Source: Promethearchaeota archaeon
GTDB taxonomy: Archaea; Asgardarchaeota; Lokiarchaeia; Sigyniarchaeales; SOKP01
Direction of reading: 5' to 3'
Length of the DNA: 35,480 nt
NCBI GenBank assembly: GCA_048941265.1
Contig: JBHLNT010000016.1
Coordinates: 1 to 35,480 of the forward strand
Shown: positions 26,956 to 35,480 of the stretch, in pieces
How the letters are laid out: each line of letters starts with the position of its first letter
Position numbering within the stretch: the first letter of the stretch is position 1
Notes under the pieces: model-generated
Database searches by the model: none
What the model saw: the letters and a program-made list of their open reading frames with translations, nothing else
Told to the model about the DNA's origin: nothing
Translations under genes and position numbers: made by a program

Positions 26956-28065
26956 CTATTCTTTCAAAGGTAATTTTATTGTTTTCTGAGTACGTTGAGA
27001 TTCATATGATGCCAACACTATTTCTAAACCTGCCCTCCCGTCATAAATAGTGGGGATCCACTCTTCAGGAAATCCAACATCTTCGTTTGATCTCCCTAAA
27101 ACCTGGTTTATAAAACTTCTTATCTCTCGAGCATATGAAACATTCCAGCGATCTTTTGGAAAATTTATTTTAACTTCTGATGGTTTACCAGTTTCACTTG
27201 TTCTAAAAAATTTTTTAAGAGTCATTGGTTTTAAAAAATACTCAATTGGTACATCAAAATAATAAGTACCTTTAGTTCCATGGATACGCCCTAATTCCTC
27301 TCCATAAAAGCTTCCAAAATATGCTTGAGAACGTTCAAAAATTGCTATTACATCATTATCTTTAAATGATAATTGAATTGTGGAATGATCTTCATTGACC
27401 CTATTTTTTTGTATGCATCTTATTTGTGCACTAACATTATTTACCTCTCCAAACCACCAGCGAAATAAATCAAAATAATGGGGACCATGATCCAAAAGAT
27501 CACCCCCTCCACATCTTTCATCTGTTAACCTCCACAGTCCTGCTTCTTTTATTAATTCATTTGTTGGTTTTATTTCCAAGAATGGCATAGCATGATACCA
27601 AAAAATTGAGATCTGTATGATCTCTCCGATTTCCTTTTCCATTATTTTTTCTTTTAAAGTTTGGAATCCTAAATCGAATCGTTTTTGAGTGGCTGTCTGA
27701 AATATCACTTTGCTGTGTTCTACTGCTTTAATTATTTGATCAACTTCCTCTAAATTTATTCCGATAGGTTTTTCACATAAACAATGTTTTCCATTTTTAA
27801 CAGCTCTAATGGCTTGAACTGCATGTGCCCAATGAGGTGAACATATGCTTATAGCATCAATATCAGGGTCGTCAATTAAATCATTTGGATCACGATAGGC
27901 TTTTGGCACCTTATAGCGCTGCTGAACTTTTTTAAGATGAGAATCAGAGGGATCCGCAACCGCTACTAATTCGGTCAGCGGCGATTTGTGATATACTGGT
28001 AGATGACCAATATTAGCCACCATTCCACATCCTATTACTCCAATTTTGAGCAAATTATTAGACAT
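26956..28065 (-). CDS. Gfo/Idh/MocA family oxidoreductase
   Basis: KIGVIGCGMVA, DPDIDAISICSPHWAH, HCLCEKPI, GGGDLLDHGPHYFDLFRW. Confidence 0.92.
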   Translation of the reverse strand: MSNNLLKIGVIGCGMVANIGHLPVYHKSPLTELVAVADPSDSHLKKVQQRYKVPKAYRDPNDLIDDPDIDAISICSPHWAHAVQAIRAVKNGKHCLCEKPIGINLEEVDQIIKAVEHSKVIFQTATQKRFDLGFQTLKEKIMEKEIGEIIQISIFWYHAMPFLEIKPTNELIKEAGLWRLTDERCGGGDLLDHGPHYFDLFRWWFGEVNNVSAQIRCIQKNRVNEDHSTIQLSFKDNDVIAIFERSQAYFGSFYGEELGRIHGTKGTYYFDVPIEYFLKPMTLKKFFRTSETGKPSEVKINFPKDRWNVSYAREIRSFINQVLGRSNEDVGFPEEWIPTIYDGRAGLEIVLASYESQRTQKTIKLPLKE

Positions 28066-28194
28066 ATATAATACATGTTGTTTTATGGGGATTGTAAGAT
28101 ATTAGTATAAATTAAGTTTTTATTAAATTTGTTACCTTTCACTAAAAAAGATTGCTTTAGTATAACCATTAAAATTAGAAAAATAAAAAAAAAT

Positions 28195-29523
28195 TTATTC
28201 AATTAATTTTGTTTTTCCAGTTCCCCAGAGTCCTAAAGCGCGACCTAATTCTTTATGATCTTTTGCATAATCTTTTACTGGAATCCCCTGCATTACGGCA
28301 TTTATCGCTTGTCTGAAGGCGCGGGCACCATCTATGGGACCATCAGGATGGCTGTGAATCCCACCTCCACTGCCGATCAAAATATCAAGTCCTGCTTCCT
28401 TCATGGTTTTCTCTACCATACCTTGAGTAATCCCTCCTGAGGGCATAGGTAATGTTGGCCTAATATGTTGAAGGGGATATCTGAGAGCTTTCAAATTTTG
28501 CTCGTATTTCTCGTCTAAAATTTCTGCTTTTCCATAAGGAGCAGGAATTACTACGGAATCTGCCCCGCAAATTCTTGGTAATTTCGCTAATGTTAGCATA
28601 CTTGTCATTCCGGTCCATTCTCCGCCAAAATAAGCTCCAGCAAAATCCATATGTCCTAAAATAGGCACTTTAATAGAAGGATCTTCCGCTAATTGTCTCA
28701 TTGCCTCAAAACCTGCGGATAAGTAATTAATCATCAGCGCATTCGCTCCCATTTCGATCATTTTGTCCGCATTTTCAAACATATCTGGAAATTTGCCGGT
28801 TATGTTAATAGTATATAACGTTTTTTCACCTTTCTCCGAATCAGCTCTGTCAAGCGCTTCCATATAGGCAGATAATCTATCTTCCAATGTGTTAAAGGAG
28901 GGATTGGCAATTAATTCATCATCTTTTACTACATCACAACCTCCAACAGCTGCTTGATATAACAAATCAGCTCCTACATCGCAAGTGTGTCCAGTACAAG
29001 GCTTAATCATGTTGTTTAATAGGGGTCTTTCTGGAATTTTCAAAAGTTCTCGAAGACCGTCAATCCCGAATTTAGGACCCTTGAAATCCTCTAACCACGC
29101 TTTTGGAAAAGCTAAATCTACTAATTTTAATCCGTGGGTGATACTAATATTTCCAATAACTGTTGTAAAGAGCATTGGAATTCCATCTCCTTTAATGTTA
29201 ACTATTGGAAAGCCAATCTGCGCAAAATAAAGGCGTTCGTCAGTACCTTTTGGGATTACATACTCCCAACTTGGCAATTCGTACACACCAAGGACCCGTG
29301 CAACGTGATATTTTCTAACTTCATGAGTTTCAGCGGGAACTCTAATCCAAGTTCCGGTCGACTGTTCAATAGCCGCAAAGCGAGCCAGGTAATTTACATT
29401 CATTCCCTTCGGTCGCTTGATGATGTAGCTTGCTATGATATACTTTTCCAAATCGATCCCGTCCAAGCCAATTGCTTCTGGGGTATCGAAATATTTTTCA
29501 CAACTTTCAAACGGAGTTTCCAT
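28195..29523 (-). CDS. RuBisCO-like protein (form IV)
   Basis: EQSTGTW, GPKFGIDG, KDDE, PMPSGG and GGGIHSHPDG are retained, but KPCTG (vs KPKLG), HMD (vs HRA) and VIPAPYGK (vs HxGTxxGK) show loss of carboxylase residues. Confidence 0.88.
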   Translation of the reverse strand: METPFESCEKYFDTPEAIGLDGIDLEKYIIASYIIKRPKGMNVNYLARFAAIEQSTGTWIRVPAETHEVRKYHVARVLGVYELPSWEYVIPKGTDERLYFAQIGFPIVNIKGDGIPMLFTTVIGNISITHGLKLVDLAFPKAWLEDFKGPKFGIDGLRELLKIPERPLLNNMIKPCTGHTCDVGADLLYQAAVGGCDVVKDDELIANPSFNTLEDRLSAYMEALDRADSEKGEKTLYTINITGKFPDMFENADKMIEMGANALMINYLSAGFEAMRQLAEDPSIKVPILGHMDFAGAYFGGEWTGMTSMLTLAKLPRICGADSVVIPAPYGKAEILDEKYEQNLKALRYPLQHIRPTLPMPSGGITQGMVEKTMKEAGLDILIGSGGGIHSHPDGPIDGARAFRQAINAVMQGIPVKDYAKDHKELGRALGLWGTGKTKLIE

Positions 29524-29759
29524 AAATTAATCACATTTTCATAAATTTTTGAATGTAATAGTAATTGAATATTGAAAAATTTTTGGCTATTATATGAGAA
29601 GTTTTGATTTAAAAAAGAAATTCTTTACCATTCTATTTAATAGCTTTTTCAATGTTGACCTAAAAGATAAGCCAAGTTTAAGTTTTTAGATCTAAACCTA
29701 TATATCGCTAAAAAATAATGAAAGATATTCTTATTTTAAATCAAATAATAAAGCTAAGC

Positions 29760-29790
29760 AAAAAAATTAAGAAAATTAAAAAAAAATTGT
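29760..29790 (-). terminator. Oligo-U archaeal-type terminator downstream of the 29793 gene
   Basis: Several T runs on the minus strand right after the stop; similar tracts follow the genes ending at 28195, 17138 and 3458. Confidence 0.45.
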
Positions 29791-29792
29791 TA

Positions 29793-30914
29793 TTATTCAG
29801 CTTCTACTTCTTTCTCAATTGATTTTTTCTTTGATTTTAATTCGTAATACGCATCTTCTAGTACATTTAGGTATTCGACTAATACTTTGTCAGTCTTAGA
29901 TTTTACTCCATACTCCTGTATTACAGTATTTAATAGAAATTTTGGATAAATTAATGATATACAAAAATCAGAAACCATCGCGTAATATTCGATACCCCGC
30001 TTATCTCGAAAAACATTGATTAATTTATGTTCCCATAAATCTTTAAGTACTCCGTCAATATCATCAACACCCTTTTTTCTCAGTTTTTCAAGAACATTTT
30101 TAGTTGCGATGGTTGTTCTAAGTAATCTTATCGTTTCATAGACTTGTGGATTTACGACTAAATCTATTAATATCTGAGCATCTTCTTCTGATGGACGGTA
30201 ATTTTGGAAATATCTTTTAACCGTAACTATGTAATCATTAATTAAGACTTCAGGTAAACCATTTTCTACGGGATTTTTAAGTAATCTAGATGGAGGTATT
30301 CTTAACATTAAGAGATCATTTATTAAAAAAATTAACTCTGAGGGCATATCTTTTACTGATGCCTCTTTAATAATCTCTCTTTTCACTAAGTCAAATAAAA
30401 TAGCATCAATATCAAAAAATCCATACCTATATTTATCCTTAAGCCATATATTTAACTCAGATTTTGTCACAACCCCTTCATCTCTTAATCTGTTAATAAT
30501 CATTCTTTTAACTTCATCCTGATAAGTAATCGCTAACAACTGTTCTTGGTTAAGTGTCGGATAAACTGATAATCGGCGAAATAGTGAGGGAGTCATTGGT
30601 ATGAAAGCATCATCCTCAACATTTTGAAGTATTATTCGGGAAATATCTGATAAACCTCCCTCAAATGAATCTGGATCATCATCTAAAGTTAATAGTAAAA
30701 TGATATAATATCCTTTATCCGGGCCTGTATAATAAGAAGCGATGTTTAATGGTCCAGCCATTAAACTAATCATCCCAGCCTCTCCACTATATTCATGTGT
30801 ACTATATATCTGCATAAGTGTTGCATCTGATAATTTAATTTCTTCTGGATATCGAGTTACGATTTTTGTACCAATCCTAGGATCCCATTTCATAACCACT
30901 AATCCTATAGGAAT
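29793..30914 (-). CDS. Longin/uDENN-like + winged-helix-like protein; probable non-canonical ATT start at 30914 (ORF track uses GTG 30899)
   Basis: (I)PIGLVVMKWDPRIGTKIVTRYP resembles the uDENN first hairpin (F-D-x-x-x-G-P/T...YP); later segments resemble winged helices (VTKSELNIWL...DIDAILFDLVKREII; DIDGVLKDLWEHKLI). GGAGGTGA lies 6 nt before the ATT. Confidence 0.6.
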   Translation of the reverse strand: MPIGLVVMKWDPRIGTKIVTRYPEEIKLSDATLMQIYSTHEYSGEAGMISLMAGPLNIASYYTGPDKGYYIILLLTLDDDPDSFEGGLSDISRIILQNVEDDAFIPMTPSLFRRLSVYPTLNQEQLLAITYQDEVKRMIINRLRDEGVVTKSELNIWLKDKYRYGFFDIDAILFDLVKREIIKEASVKDMPSELIFLINDLLMLRIPPSRLLKNPVENGLPEVLINDYIVTVKRYFQNYRPSEEDAQILIDLVVNPQVYETIRLLRTTIATKNVLEKLRKKGVDDIDGVLKDLWEHKLINVFRDKRGIEYYAMVSDFCISLIYPKFLLNTVIQEYGVKSKTDKVLVEYLNVLEDAYYELKSKKKSIEKEVEAE

Positions 30915-33900
30915 TATTGCTCACCTCCTTGTAGTTTTAATGGTTCTTTTCCTTTTTTTTCTTTAATCCCTAAAGTATCTTCGAGCGATAAATCAAGATC
31001 TTTCCATGCTCCACTGAATTGTTTCATAATCATTTGTTCTTTAGTAGGGATTGATATACTTGGAATAGTATCTCTTGTCTTAATTTTCTTTTTTACCAAT
31101 CGGATTTTTTTTACGTGTTTAGGAATTCTCGCTTGTTGAATGATGCGATATGATGCTAAACTTCCAACCATACCTGCAATAACTGCTATAAGCATTATGA
31201 AATAAAGTGTGGGCATTCCCGGAAATATTTCTTCCATAGTTACAACTATAGTAATATCGATCTCATCTGATGTGAAATTAGCTTTTTCAATGGTTATTTG
31301 ACCGGTTAAGGTCTGGGAAGTAAAGAATGCATCTATCTCTTCTGTGGAAAAAGTGTATGTATAAATACCTGGCTCGTCTTCATCAAACTCATATTCTTTA
31401 TCGCCAATTTCTAGTACTACTTTAGCTCCTCGTAATGGAATATTTCCCTGTGTAGTATCTAATAGTCTAACCTCAAATTTCACTTTCTCGCCCTTAACCA
31501 CAGTTGATTGATCATTTTCTAAGTTAGTCGCATCTAATTCCACATCAAATTCCCTTAACTGTATCTCTAAATTAATAATTGCAGCCCTAAGTTCATAATT
31601 TTGTTTTTGTAAGTTAATATATAGAGAATAAGATCCAACTGGTTTTATTTGAGTATTAAAATCCAATGTATATATCCCGTCATAATTCTGTATTAATGTT
31701 CCACTCCCATCTTTTCCCGCAATGGGATTTCCATTATCGTCTAATCTTTGCCACGTATAAGTCGCTACATCTAAATCTTTAATAATTTTATCTGCTCCGT
31801 ATGTGATGTCTTTGTAGGTAAAATTAAAATAATTAGCATCTTCCACCCAAACTCTCTTAGTCATATAAACTAAATCTACCTTTCCGTTAAGTGATGTTTT
31901 TCTTTCAAGAACGTTTAGATACGAAGTAACAATTTGGATTGAATAGTTTTCAAGCGAAGCTGTAATTGTTATTGGATATATTGAGGTAGCAAAAGCTTCT
32001 GAAGTATTAAACGAGAGATAATAATAATCACTGTCAATTGGATGGATCTGAAAATGTTTTGTTGCACTAAATGTCCATTTAAAAGTAATAGTGGCACTTT
32101 GTAACGGATTATTAGTATCATTATAAAATTTTACTGCTAACTCAACTATTTCTCCGTATTCTTTTTCATACTGAGAAACTATGTTAAATGTATCAGAATC
32201 ATGTAAACTTAATATAGTTTCTTTAGCATAAACAGTAGCATTCTTATAATAAGGCTCCGGTGGTTGATATCCTGATATTTCTCCGTCTATAATGAACCAA
32301 TATTGTTTAAAACTTGTCCCTGCCGATAAGCTGCTTGAATCAATAGTCATGGAATAATTCATTATATTCATTCCTGAGTCATAATTTGGAGTCATATCTT
32401 TTTCTAATACTATTTTTCCGGTCTCCCAATCTTGTATCGAACATATAAATATGCCCACATCAGGTACTAAAGTCCACGCATCCGTTGGTAGGTTTCTATA
32501 TGTTACATTCACTGTTAGATGTAAAACACCCTCACCCCAAGTTGCTAAAGAAATATCATAGATCTCTTCAATTTGAGTTTCTGGAGGTGTTGGAGGTATA
32601 GATTCCTCAAAATCAAGAATAATTATAGAATTTAGGTTTAATGTATAATTATATCTCCAAACATTCCCAATAGGCTCCCATTGTGGAGGATTTGTGCTGT
32701 TCACTTTAAATTCGGCAGGTGATCCAATTCTTCTCAATGATATATTATATGAATAACCTATCAAATAAATAAATGGTTTATATATATCACTTTTATGAGA
32801 TGCCCATCCATTTTCGTATGTTGTTAATGTTGTGATTAAATTTGTACCATTTGTAATCCTAACACTAACATAAGGGACTGGATTATATTCATCGCTATCA
32901 TCAATTACTCTAATATGCATTTTAGAAAGTGCGGTTGTATTATAAATAAGGGCAGCTTCTGTGGTATTTATTTTAATTTTTCCAATTGGACTACCTGTAT
33001 AGGTTCCCTGAACGTCAATAAGAATCCCATAGGCTTCGAAATTTTCATTTTTGAGTTTGTCGTTATCCACAGATCTAAGATCTATTGAAATGAAATCATA
33101 TTGTTCTGTTGTATACGTCAAATTCTGATAGATTAAGTTTCCATCGGTTTTATTATTCCTATCTATGTAGTAAATCGCTACATTATCAAGATCGTTGTCG
33201 GTAATTTCTAATGTCATATTAAAATTAATCAACTTTTTAGTACTAAAATCTGTCAAAGATCCTTTAGTATAAATCCTCTCAGTAACTCTAAAATGATTGC
33301 CTCCGATATCATAGCTAGCAACATCTAATTCATGGTTGTAGTATTTCTCATTCTGTACATAATCTGTACGATAAATATAGCTACTATTTAACAAAATGTT
33401 ATTAGGGGTGTACTTATTATTATCAAAATAAACCTCGTAGTAATATCTCGTGTCATTCCACCAGCGGAATGTTGCCGATCCATTATCTAGAGGTAGCTTT
33501 TTCAACATATTCCCTCCCTTTTGATTGTAAACTTTCACGTAGCCATCATCTAATGGATCACCATCCCAATCAACTATTTCAAAATCAATTGTCCAAATAT
33601 CCAGATTTAAATCAAATGATATATAAAGCTGCTCTACTTTATATATATCCCAATCTGATGTACCATAATTATCTCTTGAACTGTTAAATACCACAGCTTC
33701 ATTTGTTGGGCTAAATGTATAATTAACTGAAAAATTATAGATTCCGAAATTTAAATTTGTGAATATTGTTTTCCCAGTAGAATCGGTTGTCTGAGTTTTT
33801 AGAACATTGCCATCTTGCACTAATGAAACTTCTGCATTAGCTATAATTCGATCGTCAACATCTCTCGTGATGACCGTTATTTCAGTTTTTTGTGTTTGTA

Positions 33901-35320
33901 TTTCATTCAATTCCAATGATAAATCAAGATCATAAGTGAAGTAAATTTCATCAACTTGCCCGAATGCCATATCTTTATTTCCGCGTCCCTCATCTCCAAA
34001 CATTCCGATCTCTATCGAAACATTCATACCCATGAATTCGCTAATATCAAATATAACGGGGTCTTCTAAATCTCCATAATAGGTTGTTAGGGTGTTTCCC
34101 TGCGTTCCTGAGGTATAATTATATACCTGAGATCCTGGATTATTATTTGAAATTCCCGCATAGATCTCGAGATAATCATTAATCATTTGGTGGTCATCTG
34201 GATTGCTGCTTATTCCACCAGAAGCATTTATGATTCGAACGAAATAACCGTCAACATCACCTTGTGATTTCTTGCGATCAAATCCGACAACCCTAATGTT
34301 TCTCCATAAGTTAAGATATAATTTATCAACTGAAGGATTACCGTGCCCTACAATAGGAACAACAAACGGATCGCTATATAAAACGCCCGCATAATCATCA
34401 TCTCCGCGGGAGAAATCAGTAATAGCTTGAGGTATGATAGTCTCATTCGTACCCCATTTATATGTATAGGTTCCTAATTTTTTTTCTTGATTTTCAGGAG
34501 TACCAATTAAACAATTTTGCCAATAACCTTCTCCCAGAGCAATTGGGTCGGTAGGATGATCGCTATTGTCATCTGCGTAAATGTCGCCCCACGGCACAAT
34601 ATCATCTGGGACATTATGAGACCAGTTCCAGCCGACAGGATCATAGGAATAAGGTGAAATTTCCGGATGTCCTGTGGGATCATCTCCTGAAGGGACATAA
34701 TCGAAGTTGCCGTTTTTAACAAATCCAAGGCCTTGTTCAACAGCAGTAGATTCAACATTCATATTACCGAAATATATATATGTATCCGTTTCCGGAGTGA
34801 TACTGGCGGAAGCAGAAATATTTGTGTTAAAATAAATCGTCGCTTTGCTATCATCTCTCGTTCCTTGATGTTCTCCATCACCGGGATCATAGGAATAACT
34901 ATAATTTAGAAGAATATAATATTCCCTTTCATAAGCTTTATTATTAAGATATTCAATTATTCTAATATCCTTTAATGTATCATTTACTTTACCTATAAAT
35001 TCGGGACTTTTATAAGGTAAAACAACCCAAACTCCATAATTTTTCAAATCAACGCCCGCGTCACTTGAGATATTTACCAGAATTCTATAAGGCCAATCGG
35101 GATTCCACCATGGATGTTCCCCTAGTGCACTTGATTTGGGAGTTTCTATAGGATTAAAATCTATATCATCTTCAATATTATTATTATCTTTGATTTTATC
35201 CAGATTAGTTCTATCATTATCAGTGAAAATCAAAAAATTCAAATAAAAGCTCGTAAATAAAATCATCGAAAGAAGCAGCGAGATTTTGAATCGAGTTTTA
35301 AATTCTTGTTTTCTCATCAT
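30914..35320 (-). CDS. Large type I membrane-anchored surface protein (signal peptide, DUF2341-like N-terminus, Ig-like repeats, C-terminal TM, basic cytoplasmic tail)
   Basis: MMRKQEFKTRFK plus a hydrophobic stretch; WWNPDWPYRILVNIS...DIRI; many N-x-S/T sequons; repeated beta-sandwich units (IANAEVSL, PLQSATIT, PLRGAKVVL); TM GMPTLYFIMLIAVIAGMVGSLASY; tail RIPKHVKKIRLVKKKIK. ATG 35320 preferred over 35374. Confidence 0.82.
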   Translation of the reverse strand: MMRKQEFKTRFKISLLLSMILFTSFYLNFLIFTDNDRTNLDKIKDNNNIEDDIDFNPIETPKSSALGEHPWWNPDWPYRILVNISSDAGVDLKNYGVWVVLPYKSPEFIGKVNDTLKDIRIIEYLNNKAYEREYYILLNYSYSYDPGDGEHQGTRDDSKATIYFNTNISASASITPETDTYIYFGNMNVESTAVEQGLGFVKNGNFDYVPSGDDPTGHPEISPYSYDPVGWNWSHNVPDDIVPWGDIYADDNSDHPTDPIALGEGYWQNCLIGTPENQEKKLGTYTYKWGTNETIIPQAITDFSRGDDDYAGVLYSDPFVVPIVGHGNPSVDKLYLNLWRNIRVVGFDRKKSQGDVDGYFVRIINASGGISSNPDDHQMINDYLEIYAGISNNNPGSQVYNYTSGTQGNTLTTYYGDLEDPVIFDISEFMGMNVSIEIGMFGDEGRGNKDMAFGQVDEIYFTYDLDLSLELNEIQTQKTEITVITRDVDDRIIANAEVSLVQDGNVLKTQTTDSTGKTIFTNLNFGIYNFSVNYTFSPTNEAVVFNSSRDNYGTSDWDIYKVEQLYISFDLNLDIWTIDFEIVDWDGDPLDDGYVKVYNQKGGNMLKKLPLDNGSATFRWWNDTRYYYEVYFDNNKYTPNNILLNSSYIYRTDYVQNEKYYNHELDVASYDIGGNHFRVTERIYTKGSLTDFSTKKLINFNMTLEITDNDLDNVAIYYIDRNNKTDGNLIYQNLTYTTEQYDFISIDLRSVDNDKLKNENFEAYGILIDVQGTYTGSPIGKIKINTTEAALIYNTTALSKMHIRVIDDSDEYNPVPYVSVRITNGTNLITTLTTYENGWASHKSDIYKPFIYLIGYSYNISLRRIGSPAEFKVNSTNPPQWEPIGNVWRYNYTLNLNSIIILDFEESIPPTPPETQIEEIYDISLATWGEGVLHLTVNVTYRNLPTDAWTLVPDVGIFICSIQDWETGKIVLEKDMTPNYDSGMNIMNYSMTIDSSSLSAGTSFKQYWFIIDGEISGYQPPEPYYKNATVYAKETILSLHDSDTFNIVSQYEKEYGEIVELAVKFYNDTNNPLQSATITFKWTFSATKHFQIHPIDSDYYYLSFNTSEAFATSIYPITITASLENYSIQIVTSYLNVLERKTSLNGKVDLVYMTKRVWVEDANYFNFTYKDITYGADKIIKDLDVATYTWQRLDDNGNPIAGKDGSGTLIQNYDGIYTLDFNTQIKPVGSYSLYINLQKQNYELRAAIINLEIQLREFDVELDATNLENDQSTVVKGEKVKFEVRLLDTTQGNIPLRGAKVVLEIGDKEYEFDEDEPGIYTYTFSTEEIDAFFTSQTLTGQITIEKANFTSDEIDITIVVTMEEIFPGMPTLYFIMLIAVIAGMVGSLASYRIIQQARIPKHVKKIRLVKKKIKTRDTIPSISIPTKEQMIMKQFSGAWKDLDLSLEDTLGIKEKKGKEPLKLQGGEQ
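30921..30928 (-). promoter_or_regulatory. Perfect Shine-Dalgarno GGAGGTGA inside the 3' end of the surface protein gene
   Basis: TCACCTCC at 30921-30928 on the plus strand. Confidence 0.75.
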
Positions 35321-35480
35321 AAATATGTACCATTCTTTGATGAATAAGTTTTTTGTATGAAAATTAAAGTACATTCAAAATTTTTTTTATGAAAAATTTG
35401 TTAAATTTTATAACAAATCTTATAACATAGATGATCTGTTAATATTTAAATTCTTTTTAAAGCCAAATTTTTTAAACATA

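Noticed and set aside
28195-29523. Form III RuBisCO completing the AMP pathway
   Set aside because: Key carboxylase residues are substituted (KPCTG, HMD, no His327 equivalent), consistent with form IV.
2119-34758. Other 60-140 aa overlapping ORFs in the track (e.g. 2119, 3163, 3521, 3859, 5229, 5743, 6187, 7124, 17346, 18644, 19682, 19801, 20566, 20941, 21801, 22579, 23625, 24314, 26185, 27050, 28255, 28985, 29134, 30742, 33469, 34507)
   Set aside because: They overlap stronger genes or lie in AT-rich spacers, with no recognisable motifs.
1-35480. tRNA, rRNA, transposase, integrase or prophage genes
   Set aside because: No GC-rich structured RNA gene or mobile-element motif was recognised by eye; a tRNAscan/Infernal run would be needed to exclude them fully.

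Overview
AT-rich archaeal chromosomal segment whose gene content points to an Asgard archaeon, most likely Lokiarchaeia/Promethearchaeota (inferred from gene content, not from a search). Housekeeping and metabolic genes: the 3' part of hdrA, AMP phosphorylase, ATP-dependent DNA ligase, hisG-hisD-hisC, an MFS transporter, a Gfo/Idh/MocA oxidoreductase and a form IV RuBisCO-like protein. Candidate eukaryotic-signature genes: Arf-like and Rab-like GTPases, DENN/longin-like proteins, a gelsolin-domain protein, a TPR+Ig-like protein and five HEAT-LRR paralogues. The ORF track misses an mvhD/vhuD gene (1259-1732) with two in-frame UGA codons at conserved Cys positions, followed directly by a eukaryote-type AUGA...GA SECIS-like hairpin, so it is very likely a selenoprotein. 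The best candidate for an undescribed system is a tightly packed, apparently more GC-rich four-gene operon (3458-6968, minus strand): Arf-like GTPase, DENN-like protein, 7TM membrane protein, and a longin-like domain fused to a degenerate pseudo-GTPase fold. Also notable is a giant surface protein apparently translationally coupled, through a TAATT overlap with a putative ATT start, to a longin plus winged-helix protein. All domain calls come from motif recognition by eye; no searches were run.
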